A DNA stretch of 64,000 nt, from the NCBI GenBank assembly GCA_963727455.1, contig CAVSGG010000007.1, forward strand, positions 1 through 64,000, read 5' to 3'. The DNA comes from Candidatus Krumholzibacteriota bacterium. Lineage in GTDB: Bacteria > Krumholzibacteriota > Krumholzibacteriia > JAJRXK01. The notes beneath the pieces were generated by a model. The model saw nothing but the letters and a program-made list of their open reading frames with translations, ran no database searches and was not told the DNA's origin. Numbering within the stretch: the stretch's first letter is position 1; every line of letters begins with the position of its first letter. The translations under genes were made by a program, and so were the position numbers. Below, in pieces: positions 36,709-47,692 of this stretch.

Positions 36709-37347
36709 ATGCGACACAGAGTTGACGGGCGGAAACTGGGGATCGATGCCACTCACCGCAAGGCGATGTATCGGAATCTGGTGATCGCTCTCATCACGCA
36801 CGAGAGAATCAAGACGACCACGCCGCGAGCCAAAGAAGCCCGCCGCCTGGCCGAGCGCATGATCACTTTCGCCAAGCGGGGTGACCTTCACGCGCGCCGG
36901 CACGTCGCCAGCATTCTCAACGACAAGAACGCGGTGCGGAAGCTCTTCGACGAGCTGGGACCGCGTTACGCGGATCGTCCTGGCGGATTCACCAGGGTGC
37001 TGAAGCTTTCCGGCGTGCGCAAAGGCGACGCAGCCGAAATGGCGCTGCTGGAGTTCGTGAAGGACGGCGAGCGGCCCAAGAAGAAGCGAGCCAGCAGCAA
37101 GACGGTCGTCAAAGCTGGCAAGTCAAAGCGGGGCAAAGCCCAGGACAAGACCGCCGCCAAGGCCAAGAGCAAGACCAAGTCCAAGGCGAAGAGCAAGAAG
37201 GAAGAGGCGGAGCCGGTGGAAGCGCACCCAGCGGAGGAGCCCGTGGAGAGCGAGAAGCTAGCCGAGGCAGCCGAGACCGCGGAAGTCGTCGAAGACGACG
37301 ATGCAGCGACCGGGGCGGAGTCCAGCGACGACACCAAGGACGCCTAG
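36709..37347 (+). CDS. rplQ: 50S ribosomal protein L17 with long charged C-terminal tail
   Basis: MRHR, IKTTTPRAKE, RPGGFTR, RKGDAAEMA. Confidence 0.98.
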   Translation: MRHRVDGRKLGIDATHRKAMYRNLVIALITHERIKTTTPRAKEARRLAERMITFAKRGDLHARRHVASILNDKNAVRKLFDELGPRYADRPGGFTRVLKLSGVRKGDAAEMALLEFVKDGERPKKKRASSKTVVKAGKSKRGKAQDKTAAKAKSKTKSKAKSKKEEAEPVEAHPAEEPVESEKLAEAAETAEVVEDDDAATGAESSDDTKDA

Positions 37348-37376
37348 CCCTGCATTGGCCGTTCATGCTATAGAGT

Positions 37377-37411
37377 AGGGGGCGTCCGTGGGCGCCCCCT
37401 CGTCGCGTTTT
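37377..37411 (+). terminator. putative intrinsic terminator after rplQ
   Basis: AGGGGGCGTC-cgtg-GGCGCCCCCT hairpin followed by a weak T-run. Confidence 0.5.
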
Positions 37412-37421
37412 GGAGGACCAC

Positions 37422-38144
37422 ATGGCGAAAGCGAATAGTCAGCCGCTGCCTTGGTTGGTCGCAGCCAGCCGTCTGGCGCCCTCGACCCACCGGCGACTCT
37501 TCTGGCTCTTCATCTTCGCCGTCGCGATGGCCCAGCTCGAAGCTTCGGTGGTGGTGTATCTGCGCGCCCTCTACTATCCCGCGGGTTTCGCATTTCCCAT
37601 CAAGGTGATTCCCGGCCACATCGCCTGGGTGGAGATCGCGCGCGAGTCGGCCACGTTGATCATGATCCTCTCTGTCGCGTGGCTCACCACGCGCGACCCC
37701 TGGCGTCGCTTTGCTGCCTTTCTTTTCGTCTTCGGAATCTGGGACATTTTCTATTATGCGTGGTTGTGGGTGATGCTGGCCTGGCCGCCGAGTTTTTTCA
37801 CCGAGGACATCCTCTTTCTCACTCCCATGCCCTGGGTGGGACCGGTATGGGCGCCGCTCTTGATCTCGTGTTGTATGGTGATTTCATCGGTGACGATCTT
37901 CAGCCTGCGGGACCGCTACCGCAAAATCCGTGTCCACCGTTGGGAGTGGACCGTGGTCTTGCTCTCGGCCATGAGCCTGGTGGGGATCTTCATGTGGCCA
38001 GCCTCCACGGTCCTGGATGGGGGGATGCCGCCGGGCTTCCCCTGGCTGCTCTTTCTCCTCGTCCTGGCTCCCGCGGTCACGGTCTGCGTGAGGACCTGGA
38101 ACCGGGCGGAACGGCCGCGGCACCCTTCACGACTCTTTCCGTAG
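37422..38144 (+). CDS. uncharacterised multi-pass membrane protein
   Basis: About 7 hydrophobic segments; RBS ggagg before ATG37422. Confidence 0.8.
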   Translation: MAKANSQPLPWLVAASRLAPSTHRRLFWLFIFAVAMAQLEASVVVYLRALYYPAGFAFPIKVIPGHIAWVEIARESATLIMILSVAWLTTRDPWRRFAAFLFVFGIWDIFYYAWLWVMLAWPPSFFTEDILFLTPMPWVGPVWAPLLISCCMVISSVTIFSLRDRYRKIRVHRWEWTVVLLSAMSLVGIFMWPASTVLDGGMPPGFPWLLFLLVLAPAVTVCVRTWNRAERPRHPSRLFP

Positions 38145-38173
38145 AGCTTCAGCTCTGAAACTCTTGCAATTGG

Positions 38174-39374
38174 ATGGGAGAGTTTCGCGTGCAGATTCCC
38201 GCGATCGATTACCTGCGCTGGATCCGCCAGCCCTCGACCCACGAGGGCGTCCGCTATTCCTTCGTGCTCAGCGGAATGAGCCCTCCTGATGGCGAATTTC
38301 TGCGCGGCATCCCGCCCGAAGAACTGATCTGCGGGTTCGGGGTCGATCATCCATTGCTGGCCCATCGGATCGCAGCCGATCTGGGTCGCTCTTCCGAGGA
38401 AGTCGTGGTGCAGCCCGGTAGCCACTGGAACCTCGTTTTGGCGGTTGCGGCGCGCTTGGATCAACGTAGGGGACCGGTGATCGTGGAGGAGCCGGCCTAC
38501 GAACCGCTGCGGCGCATCCCGGGCGTCATGGGAGTTGAGATCTTACGCCTGCCGCGCCGTCTGGCCGACGGCAGGATGAAACTGGACCTGCAGCACCTCG
38601 CGGCGCTGGCGGAACGCTCTCCTAGCCTCCTCGTGCTCTCGCATCCCCACAATCCCACCATGTCCAGTCTCTCGCTCAGGGAAATGGAAGAGCTGGCCGC
38701 CTGGTCGCGGACCAGCGGCTGTGCTGTTCTCAGCGACGAGGTCTACCTGGAGTTTCTGCCCGACGAAACGCGGCACAGTCTGCACGAGGTCTTGCCCGAA
38801 GCGGCTGTCATCCGTTCCTTCACCAAGGTCATGGGGCTCGGCTCGATCCGGTGCAGCGTCCTGATCTGTGATCGCAAGTGGAGCGCGGGAGCACTCAAGC
38901 TCAGCGATTACGGACCTGCATTCTTGCCGATGCCATCCCAAGCCATGGCCCTGAGGGCTTGGGAGCAGCGCGAATGCTTTGTACGCGAGGGCCAGGGAAC
39001 TCGCGCAACGGCGGCGCCCTCTGTTGAGAGCCTGGGCCGAAGAGCTGCGGGCCCTTCTGGCCGTCGATCTCGCGGACGCGGGCATCATCACCTTTTGCCG
39101 CCTGCTACCCGCGGCGGCGCGGGCTGCAGCCGAAAGGGCGCGAGCAAGGGGCGTGAGCGGGCCCTTCGGCTATGGCCTCGACGGTGATCCGAATTCTACC
39201 ATCTGGTGGATCGAGGATCTGAAGCGGCGGCACGGGGTGCTCCTCACTCCCGGCGCGTTCTTCGAGGACCCGGCCGGCTTTCGCCTGGGATTCGGAGTCG
39301 AAGAAGAGACCCTGGTGGAAGGTCTGAAGATCCTCTCCACCTACCTCCACGAGGCGACCCGAGCCGCTTCGTGA
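38174..39374 (+). CDS. PLP-dependent class I/II aminotransferase (indel near 38980)
   Basis: EEPAYEP, HPHNPT, SDEVY, SFTK (Schiff-base Lys), GVLLTPGAFF..FRLGFG. Confidence 0.85.
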
Positions 39375-39440
39375 GCGTGCTTGCACGCTGGCAAACACTG
39401 GCCTAAGGTCACGAATCGCACCAACCCACCCGGAGGGGTC

Positions 39441-40476
39441 ATGACGCAGTCGACAAAGGCAACGGTCAACGTGGGAATCACGGGAGTGGGTCTCTATCTC
39501 CCGGAGCGAATTCTCACCAACCAGCGATCTGGAGAAGATGGTCGATACCGACGACCAGTGGATCGTGGAGCGTACGGGAATCAAGGAGCGCCACCTCGTG
39601 GAGAAGGGGACGCCCGCCAGCGACTTGGGCGCGCCCGCTGCGCTGCAGGCGCTCGAGATGGCCGGGGTCGATCCACTCGATGTGGGCTGCATCATCGTCG
39701 CCACCGTGACTCCCGACATGATCTTCCCTTCGACGGCCTGTATCCTCCAGGAGAAAATCGGCGCCAAGAATGCCTGGGCCTTCGATCTTTTGGGGGCCTG
39801 CAGCGGATATCTGTATTCCCTCGCCCTTGCGGATAGTCTGGTGCGCTCGGGTACGCACGACACGGTTCTCGTGGTGGGGGCGGAGATCATGTCGACCATC
39901 ACCAACTGGCAGGATCGCAATACCTGCATCCTCTTCGGCGACGCGGGAGCCGCCACCGTCATCCAGCGCTTGCCCGATGACACCGAAGGCATCTTGGCCT
40001 GGGAGAACGGTGCCGACGGTACGGGGGCGCAATACCTCTACATGAAGGGGGGCGGAAGCCTCCATCCGGCCTCTCACGAGACAGTCGAGGCCGGAATGCA
40101 CTATTTGTGGCAGGACGGAAAGGCTGTGTTCAAGGTCGCGGTGGAGGGAATCACCAAGATCAGCCAGAGGGTCCTCGACAAGGCGGGGCTCAAGAGCGAG
40201 GAGATCGACCTCTTCATCCCGCACCAGGCCAATCTGCGCATCATGGATTTCGCTCGCCGCAAGCTGCACCTGCCGCCCGAGCGCATGATGGTGACCATCG
40301 ATCGACTCGGAAACACCACCTCCGCCACCATTCCCGGTGCCCTCCGTATGGCGCACGACGAGAAGAAAATCAAGTCCGGTGACACCCTGCTCTTCGCCAC
40401 TTTCGGCGCCGGCTACACGTGGGGCGCTGCCGCACTTCGCTGGACGCCCGGGGGAGGGGTAACGACCCGGGCATGA
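39441..40476 (+). CDS. fabH: 3-oxoacyl-ACP synthase III (indel near 39522)
   Basis: WIVERTGIKER, ACSG, LFGDAGAA, PHQAN, GNTTSATIP, FGAGYTWG. Confidence 0.93.
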
Positions 40477-41437
40477 TCGAGGTCAGCGATCTCACCCATC
40501 GCTACGGTTCTCTTCTCGCGGTAGACGAGCTCAGCTTCACCGTACGCGAGGGAGAGGTCTTGGGACTGCTCGGTCCCAATGGAGCGGGCAAGAGTACGGC
40601 TCTGCGTGCCACGGTAGGTTTGCTCACCCCCAGCGCCGGTCGCATCAAGATCGGTGGACACGACATCGCTCAGGAGCCACTGGCTGCGCGTCGCTTGCTC
40701 GGTTTTCTTCCCGAAGCCGTGGCTCTCTACCCTGAATTGAAGGTACGGGAATTTTTGCGCTCGGTGGCGCGCTTGAAGGGCGTGGCGAGGGCCCGCGAGG
40801 AGGACGAACTACAACGAGTTTTCGAGCTCTGCGCGTTGCAGCCGGTCGCGAACCGGCTCATTGGGTTTTGCTCGAGAGGTTACCGGCAACGGATCGGATT
40901 GGCCCAGGCTCTCATCGGCGATCCGCCGGCACTCGTTCTCGACGAGCCCACGGTGGGCTTGGACCCGGGCCAGATCGTGGAAATCCGCGAACGCATCGCA
41001 GACACTGGCCCACGAGAAGGCCGTGATCCTCTCGACACACATCATTCCCGAGGCGCGGCGGCTCTGTACCCGGGTGCTCATTCTGAATCATGGACGATGC
41101 ATGGCGGAGGACGAGCCCACGCGTGCTCGAGCAGAGCCTCCACGGCGGCAACGCAGTGCGTTTGGTACTCGACCAGGTCGCGAGCGAAGAGACGGTCGAG
41201 GAGGCCAAGCGGCTTCTCACCCGTCTGGACTTCGTGCGCGCTTTCGAAACAAGGGAGAGCCAAAGAGCTCAGTGCACCTTCTCGGTGGAGTTGGAGCACC
41301 CTTCCTCCGCCGCGCGCTTGGTCGACGTACTCGTGCGTTCGGGCTTCAGGGTGTGCGAACTCACGCCGGAGAATCTGGGGCTGGAGGAAGTGTTTCTTCG
41401 CTTGGTGCGCGAGGAGAAAGGGGCAGCGGCACGATGA
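40473..41437 (+). CDS. ABC transporter ATP-binding protein, GldA/DrrA-like (indels)
   Basis: Walker A GPNGAGKS, signature variant CSRGYRQR, LDEPTVGLDP, ILSTH. Confidence 0.88.
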
Positions 41438-42202
41438 GGAACGCTGTTTCCTTGGCGCAGATGGAGCTGCGCCGCAATTTCCGGGGTCCGGTGGGATTTG
41501 CGGTGGCGGGACTCTTCCTGCTGGTCCATGGCATCTACTTCGTGTCCTTGCTGGAGAACTACGCGGGAGCGAGCCTCATGGCGATGAGCGCCGGTCAGAC
41601 CCCGGCCCGGCTCAATCTGGTGGACGCGGTGCTCCAGCCGCTCGCCAGCGGCGACACCTTTCTGCTCTTGTTGCTTCTGCCCGGATTGACCATGCGGCTC
41701 TTGTCGGAGGAATGGCGCAGTGGTACCAGCGAACTTCTCTTGAGCTACCCCTGCGCGATTTTGACATCATTTTGGGCAAGTATCTTGGCCGCGGCTGCCA
41801 TGCTCGCGGGTCTGCTCGTTTGAGTCTGTTGGCCCCCCTCTGCGCCTCTTTTTCGGGGCGGTGGAATACCCACCGTCTTCTCGCAGCTCTTGGGTCTGTT
41901 GCTCTTCGGTCTCTGCTGTTTGGCTCTCGGCACCGTCTTCTCCGCGATCACCGCGAACCAGATTCTCGCCTACGGTGCGACCGTTGTCGTGCTCTTCAGT
42001 TCCTGGTTCTTGGGATGGTGGAGCCACAACCTCTTCGGCGTTTGGGCTCGGGTCACCGGCTGGATGTCTCTGGCAACTCACTTCAATCCGACGAGCTATG
42101 GTCTCATCCAACTCAGTGACCTCGTCTATTTTTGTCGGAGTTACCGGGTTTCTTCTCTATTTGGCCACTTCGATTCTGAGCTCGCGCCGTTCGGGGGGGT
42201 GA
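41434..42202 (+). CDS. ABC-2 type permease, GldF-like (indels)
   Basis: PGLTMRLLSEEWRSGTSELLLSYP, SAITANQILA, several TM helices. Confidence 0.85.
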
Positions 42203-42216
42203 GGTGCACACGGTGA

Positions 42217-43723
42217 ATGATTCGAGACGAAGGGAAGGGCCAAGAGTGCCGGCAGCTGGTTTCTCGGGGGACTCTTGTGGGTCGTCGCGCTGGGCCTGGC
42301 CGGCGTGCTCAGCACGCGCCACGATCTTCGCGTCGATCTCTCTTACGGCGCCCGGCGCAGTCTCTCGCCGGAGACCGTGCATCTTCTGCGGAAGCTCGAA
42401 CAGCCGGTGCATGCCTACGCTTTTTACGCGGATGATCCCACCGCGCGCGGGCAGATCCATCTCCTCTTGGAACGCTATCGGCAACAGTCGCAGAAATTCA
42501 GCTACGAGTTCGTCGATCCGGACCGGCGTCCCGAGCTGGCGGAAAAATATGGCGTCAGCCTGAACCGGACTCTGGTCCTGAGCAGTGGGGAATTGAAGCT
42601 TCGCGTCCGGGACGTCACCGAGTCCCGACTCAGTGGTGCTCTTTTGCGACTCATCAGCCACGACACTCCGCGCGTGCTCTTCGTCACCGGTCACGGTGAG
42701 GCCTCCATCGAGAACCAAGGGGGTCGCGGTCTGAGCAAACTCGCCGAATCGCTCGGTCAGCAGAACTTCCAGGTGGAGGCTTTCGATCTGCCGGGCAGCA
42801 AGGCCGTCCCGGAGGATGCGGATTTGGTGATCCTCGCCGCCCCAGAGGGAGAGCTTCGTCCGCGTGAACGAGACATCCTCGAGCGTTACATCTTGGGTGG
42901 AGGGAGTCTCTTTGCCCTTTTGGAACCCATGGGCTCGGCCAGCGCGGACACTCTGGTGAGCGACTTCGGGGTGCACGCCGATCTCGATTTCGTGATCGAT
43001 CAAAGTCCCGCCCAGAAGAATGTGACCAACGGAGCGAGTGACCGCATCGCCATGGCCAGCCACGCCAATCCCAAATTCGAAGGAACCAGGAGTTTCAACC
43101 ACGTCACGCTCTATCCCATCGCCCGTTCTCTGACCTCGGTTCAGCCACCGCCTCCCGGCGTAACCGTCACTCGCATCGTGGAGACCGCGAAAGAGGCCTA
43201 CGGCGAGACAACGCTCTCTCAATTGGGCGATCCCGGGGCACGTTTCGATCCGGGAAGGGATCTCAAGGGACCGCTGGCGCTGGGCTATGCGGTCGACGTC
43301 GATCTGCGCATTTTCTCTCTCGATTGGCGCGACCAGAGCAAGGGCATCGAGCAGACACTCATGGACATGCATCCCGAAGACTTCGACCAGCGCGGGGCGG
43401 GCGACACCACGAAGGTAGGAAGAGAAGAGCTGGTCCAAAGGCCCGCGCGCGCGGCCAAGCTGGTGGTGATGGGCGATGTAGATTTCGTGAACAATGCCAA
43501 CCTGCTGGCCTGGGGAAACGGCGATCTTTTCCTCGATCTTGTGCTCTGGTTGACCGAAAAGGAGAACCGAATCGCGATCGGTCCCGGGCCGGAGCTGTTC
43601 GAGCCGGTCCTGCTCACGATTCATCAGAGAACCTGGTTGCGCATCATCGGGATCGGCGTCGTGCCGGGGATCTTTCTGCTCCTGGCCCTTGGAGCGGTAT
43701 GGTGGCGAAGGAAGTGGGTATGA
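42217..43723 (+). CDS. GldG-like ABC-associated periplasmic protein (5' indel; start approximate)
   Basis: DLS...SLSPET, FVDPD, FVTGHGE, GPLALG, LVVMGDVDF, NGDLFL, C-terminal TM ending WWRRK. Confidence 0.85.
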
Positions 43724-45102
43724 GACGGCGTGCCGTTCTCCCCTTGGTCGTGGTCATGCTCTTGGCCGCGATCCTCTTTCTGTGGGACCTTCCGCACCAG
43801 GGCCGTCAAGAGCGGCGCGAAGAATCAACGCTCCAGCTCAGCAAACTCGATCCCGAGCTGGTCGATACCCTGCGCATCCATCAACCCGACAATCTAATAA
43901 GTCTGGTTCGCTACCAGGGTCACTGGTGGCTCCGTACTCCGGTGAACGAGCGCGCAGACGACGACGCGAGCCGCGGGATGATCTCTGCCCTGTGCCGGGC
44001 ACGAGCCATGAAGGTGGTGAGGAGCGAGGTTGATACGACGGCTTTGGAGGCCTATGGCCTGGGGGGAATCCGCCGTCCCTCGCATTGGATCGAGCTGGTC
44101 GAGGCGGGCAAGACCCCGCTCATCTATTGGATCGGTCGAGAGAATCCCAGTGACAAGGGCAGCTACCTGCGTGTTGGGGGACGTCGCGAGGTCTTGCTGG
44201 TGCAGAAAGCCCTGGCCGAGTTGGCGCGGACCTCTTTCGAAGCGCTGCGCATCTACGACCTCTTCGATTACAAGACCGAGGACATCGTACAGATCGAGTT
44301 GCATACGAACAAAGCCTCCTTCAAGGCCAAGCGCGACGAACGGGGGCTATGGTTCACGACAGGCGACAATCCTCGTCAGCTCAAGCGACGCGACCTTTAT
44401 GCTCTGATCTACGATCTCGTGCACGCCCGCATCATCCGCTACGTGGCTGACGACGTGAGTGACTCGGTATTCTATGGTTACGGATTGAGTCAACCCATTC
44501 TGGATCTTCGCTTTCTCGCGAAGGGAAACTCGCACCGTCTGCGCTTGGGGAACGTGGACGAATATGGAGTGAACTACGCGCGGCGGGACGAGGAGCGCAC
44601 CCTCATCACCATCAGCTCGAAGATTCTCGAGAGTGGCGACAAGAGCTATGCGGAATTGCTCGAGACGAACCCGGTCCCTTTGAACTACACCTTGCTGGAC
44701 AGTATCCGCGTGATTTGGAAGACCGGGGAAGAGGTGACCGCCATTCCTGGGTACCGCCGAGAGTGGAGGCTTCGCCCGCCCCCAGGTTTCAGCGGCAAGA
44801 AAGAGTCTCTTCTCGTTGCGGCGCAGAATCTCAGATACGGAGTCGAGGAGCTGCAGTCCGATTCCCGCGTGCAACTGAGTTCACCGGATCAGCTGCACAA
44901 ATTTCTCGAAGTAACGAAGGTGCGCTGTGAGCTCTACTGGCCCGACAAGACGGTGGCCTACCAGATCGGCTGGAGAAAGAACGAGGAACAAAACTGGTTG
45001 CACATCCTGGGGGACGATACGGTGTACCGGATTCCGCGCGATCTCTTCTTTCGTCTCCGGGGGGCGTTGTTGACCGTAAAGCTCATAGATCCGCATTCGT
45101 AG
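43720..45102 (+). CDS. DUF4340-like membrane-anchored protein
   Basis: N-terminal TM; repeated units W.L..P...AD / LEAYGL / FYGYGLSQP / IG..N; usual fourth gene of this ABC module. Confidence 0.7.
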   Translation: MRRRAVLPLVVVMLLAAILFLWDLPHQGRQERREESTLQLSKLDPELVDTLRIHQPDNLISLVRYQGHWWLRTPVNERADDDASRGMISALCRARAMKVVRSEVDTTALEAYGLGGIRRPSHWIELVEAGKTPLIYWIGRENPSDKGSYLRVGGRREVLLVQKALAELARTSFEALRIYDLFDYKTEDIVQIELHTNKASFKAKRDERGLWFTTGDNPRQLKRRDLYALIYDLVHARIIRYVADDVSDSVFYGYGLSQPILDLRFLAKGNSHRLRLGNVDEYGVNYARRDEERTLITISSKILESGDKSYAELLETNPVPLNYTLLDSIRVIWKTGEEVTAIPGYRREWRLRPPPGFSGKKESLLVAAQNLRYGVEELQSDSRVQLSSPDQLHKFLEVTKVRCELYWPDKTVAYQIGWRKNEEQNWLHILGDDTVYRIPRDLFFRLRGALLTVKLIDPHS

Positions 45103-45237
45103 GCGCGGGGAGACGCCACTTTCATCCGGGCCGCGGTCTATCTTATATTGTTGCAGTCGTTGGTGGGCCTCGCGTCCCGTTTTCTCGAGCTCCACTCACG
45201 CCGAAATAAGCTGCTTTTGCCATCGAGAGGAACACGA

Positions 45238-46248
45238 GTGCGCTCCAAATCGATTCTTCTGCTCGCTCTGCTCACGGCATTCTTCGGCGCCGGTGGATCT
45301 TGCTCGAATTCGAGCACCGGAGTTCCCTACGAGCGGCAAACCGGGGTCGAGTTCAGCGCCACCGAACTCTGGCCCCTTCGCTCCGGCCAGGGCTTCTACG
45401 AACTCTGGTTGGGAGTTCCCGCCAGTGCTCCGGGAGAGGGACAAGAGCCCTGGGAGGTTCCGCAAGAGTGGCACTCGGTGGTCGCCTTCCGCTATGACGG
45501 CGACGCGAAATTACGCGACCTCAGCGGCGAGCTGCTGGCGCGCGCGCCTTTGCCCGATGGACTGAATAGCGATGCCATCGCGCGCGCGGCGCTCAGCTAT
45601 CAGCCCCAGTCCGACGAGGGAGTAGCGCATTCCATCGGCATGATGCTGAGCGTCGGCGATTTTGTTTCCGGAGGGAGGACCATCTCCACCCCGCTTTCCT
45701 GGGACAGCTCTGCCATCATCGACAAGGAGTTGAGGGAACCCGAGGGCAGCTTCAGGCTTCTTGCCGCGACTGCCGAGGGCGGAGAAAGTTTGCCCGAAGG
45801 GGTGTGGTTCTACGATCCGGCCGTTCCTGAGACTCCATCACTCAATTTGGGCGCAGCGCTGCCCCATGAATTCGTCTACGAGGCTTGGGTGTTTCAGAGC
45901 GCGACTACCACTCTCTATCCCTCGCAGCTCTATTCTCTGGGCCGCTTCAGCTCGGCCGAAGGACCCGACAGCGACGGCGCCGGGCCCTACTCGGTTCCCG
46001 GCATCTTTCCACCCCAGTTTCCCGGACAGGATTTCGTGCAGGACGTGGTACTGACCCTGAACGATGGAAGCTGGACGGTGATGGTGACCATCGAACCCAA
46101 GGATGACCCCGAGCCGGCGGTACCCTCGAGTTTGCGTATCCTACAGGACACGATTTCGGTCATCGACGGCGTCAGTCTGCCCATCGCTCTTTCCAATCGC
46201 GCCCAGAACGATCGCCTCCCCAAGGGCGTCGTGACCGTGGTTCGGTGA
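45238..46248 (+). CDS. putative lipoprotein with two related beta domains
   Basis: Signal MRSKSILLLALLTAFFGAGGS-C; FYELW and VYEAW units, FPGQDF, VTIEP. Confidence 0.65.
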   Translation: MRSKSILLLALLTAFFGAGGSCSNSSTGVPYERQTGVEFSATELWPLRSGQGFYELWLGVPASAPGEGQEPWEVPQEWHSVVAFRYDGDAKLRDLSGELLARAPLPDGLNSDAIARAALSYQPQSDEGVAHSIGMMLSVGDFVSGGRTISTPLSWDSSAIIDKELREPEGSFRLLAATAEGGESLPEGVWFYDPAVPETPSLNLGAALPHEFVYEAWVFQSATTTLYPSQLYSLGRFSSAEGPDSDGAGPYSVPGIFPPQFPGQDFVQDVVLTLNDGSWTVMVTIEPKDDPEPAVPSSLRILQDTISVIDGVSLPIALSNRAQNDRLPKGVVTVVR

Positions 46249-47618
46249 GTACATCCCCGCTGTCGCGCAGTCTTGGTCTGGGTCGCAGTATCGCGCTCAG
46301 CGTGGGAGTGGTCGTGGGTTCGGGGATCTTCGTCCTTCCCGCCTTCGTCGCCGGCCAGCTCTCCACTCCCGCCGCGTTTCTCTCGGTATGGCAACTGGGG
46401 GCGCTGCTCGCCCTCTGTTCCGCCTTGAGCTACGCGGAATTGGCCACCCTCTTTCCTTCGACCGGAGGCTACGTCGTCTATCTGCGGCGCATCTTCGGCA
46501 CGCGCATGGCGTTCGTCTACGGTTGGGCCGCTCTCTTCGTGCTCTATCCCAGCAGCATCGCCGGGCTGGCCCGCGTGAGCGGACGGTCCTTCGCACAGCT
46601 TCTGGGTACAAAGGAGAGTTTCGTCACTCCGCTCGCCGGTGTGGTCGTTCTCTCGGCTACCGCGATCAACCTGGCCAAAGTGGTGGCCAGTACGCGCTTC
46701 ACCGCGGTGCTCAGCAGCATTAAATTGGGCGCCTTGCTCGTGCTCGCGGTCGTGGGACTCATGGTGGCTTTCGGACTTTGGCCCTGGGCTCCCTCGGGTG
46801 TCTCTGCCGGAGCGTTGAAGTCTGCCGCCGGCGCAGGAGCGCTTGCTGAAACGTCCTCCACGGTTCTCGGAGTAAGAGCGTGGTTCTTGGGACTGGTTGG
46901 CGTGCTCTGGTGTTACGAGGGGTTTCTCGAGATCGTGGTGGTGGCAGGGGAGGTGCGGCAGCCCTCACGCACCTTGGTTCGCGCCTTGGTGGCGAGCGTG
47001 TTGCTCATCGCGCTCGTGTACGGCGGATACACCCTCGCCCTGCAGCTCGATCTCGGACTTTCGAGAGTCGCGGCGTCACCCACTGTCGCAGCGGAACTCG
47101 CGCGAGTCCTGTTCGGACCGAGGGCATCCTGGATCATGAACGCGGTGGTGTTGCTCGCCACTTTTTCCGCAGCGCAGGTGCTACTCTTCAGCGGCCCCCG
47201 ACTGCTGATCGGTCTGGCCGAGAGCGGAGTGATCGATCCCAAGCTCGCGCGGCTCGGCTTCAAGAGACAAGTTCCCGTGCTCGCCGTGCTCGTCTGCGGT
47301 TCCGTTGCGTTGATCTACGCGTTGGCGGGCGAGTTTGAGGAATTGGTCAAGTACTTCGCCTTTGCCACGGGGATCTTCTCCTCCCTCATCCTGTTCGGCG
47401 GCATCTGGCTGCGTGCGCGCGGGCGAGTACCCAAGAAGGCCAGGCGAATTCCGATCTGGCCCCTGCCTTCCATCCTGGCGATCGTCGCGGCCCTGGGTGG
47501 CAGCTTCTGGGTTCTGCGCGACCAGCCGCGTTCGTCCTTGATTGGGCTGGCACTCATGCTGTGTTCCCTGCCATTGTGGCGCTTCTTCGGCAGCCAGAGT
47601 CCGCCCTCGCCCGAGTGA
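46245..47618 (+). CDS. APC-family amino acid permease
   Basis: VVGSGIF, SYAELATLFPSTGG, WCYEGF, AGEVRQP; about 12 TM helices. Confidence 0.9.
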   Translation: MSTSPLSRSLGLGRSIALSVGVVVGSGIFVLPAFVAGQLSTPAAFLSVWQLGALLALCSALSYAELATLFPSTGGYVVYLRRIFGTRMAFVYGWAALFVLYPSSIAGLARVSGRSFAQLLGTKESFVTPLAGVVVLSATAINLAKVVASTRFTAVLSSIKLGALLVLAVVGLMVAFGLWPWAPSGVSAGALKSAAGAGALAETSSTVLGVRAWFLGLVGVLWCYEGFLEIVVVAGEVRQPSRTLVRALVASVLLIALVYGGYTLALQLDLGLSRVAASPTVAAELARVLFGPRASWIMNAVVLLATFSAAQVLLFSGPRLLIGLAESGVIDPKLARLGFKRQVPVLAVLVCGSVALIYALAGEFEELVKYFAFATGIFSSLILFGGIWLRARGRVPKKARRIPIWPLPSILAIVAALGGSFWVLRDQPRSSLIGLALMLCSLPLWRFFGSQSPPSPE

Positions 47619-47692
47619 AAAACCGGGACTCGTCAGACGCGCAGCAGTGACCTAAGATCGGTGCCGTCAAGGGATCAGAGCCGGGAGAATTC

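Noticed and set aside
40419-42119. 566-aa ORF suggesting an ATPase fused to an unknown domain
   Set aside because: The C-terminal half is off-frame read-through after indels; the ATPase and permease are separate genes with an ATGA overlap at 41434
47619-47692. Fluoride riboswitch upstream of crcB
   Set aside because: The 74-nt spacer lacks the GGCGATGG...CGCC/TGATG-type core of the crcB motif
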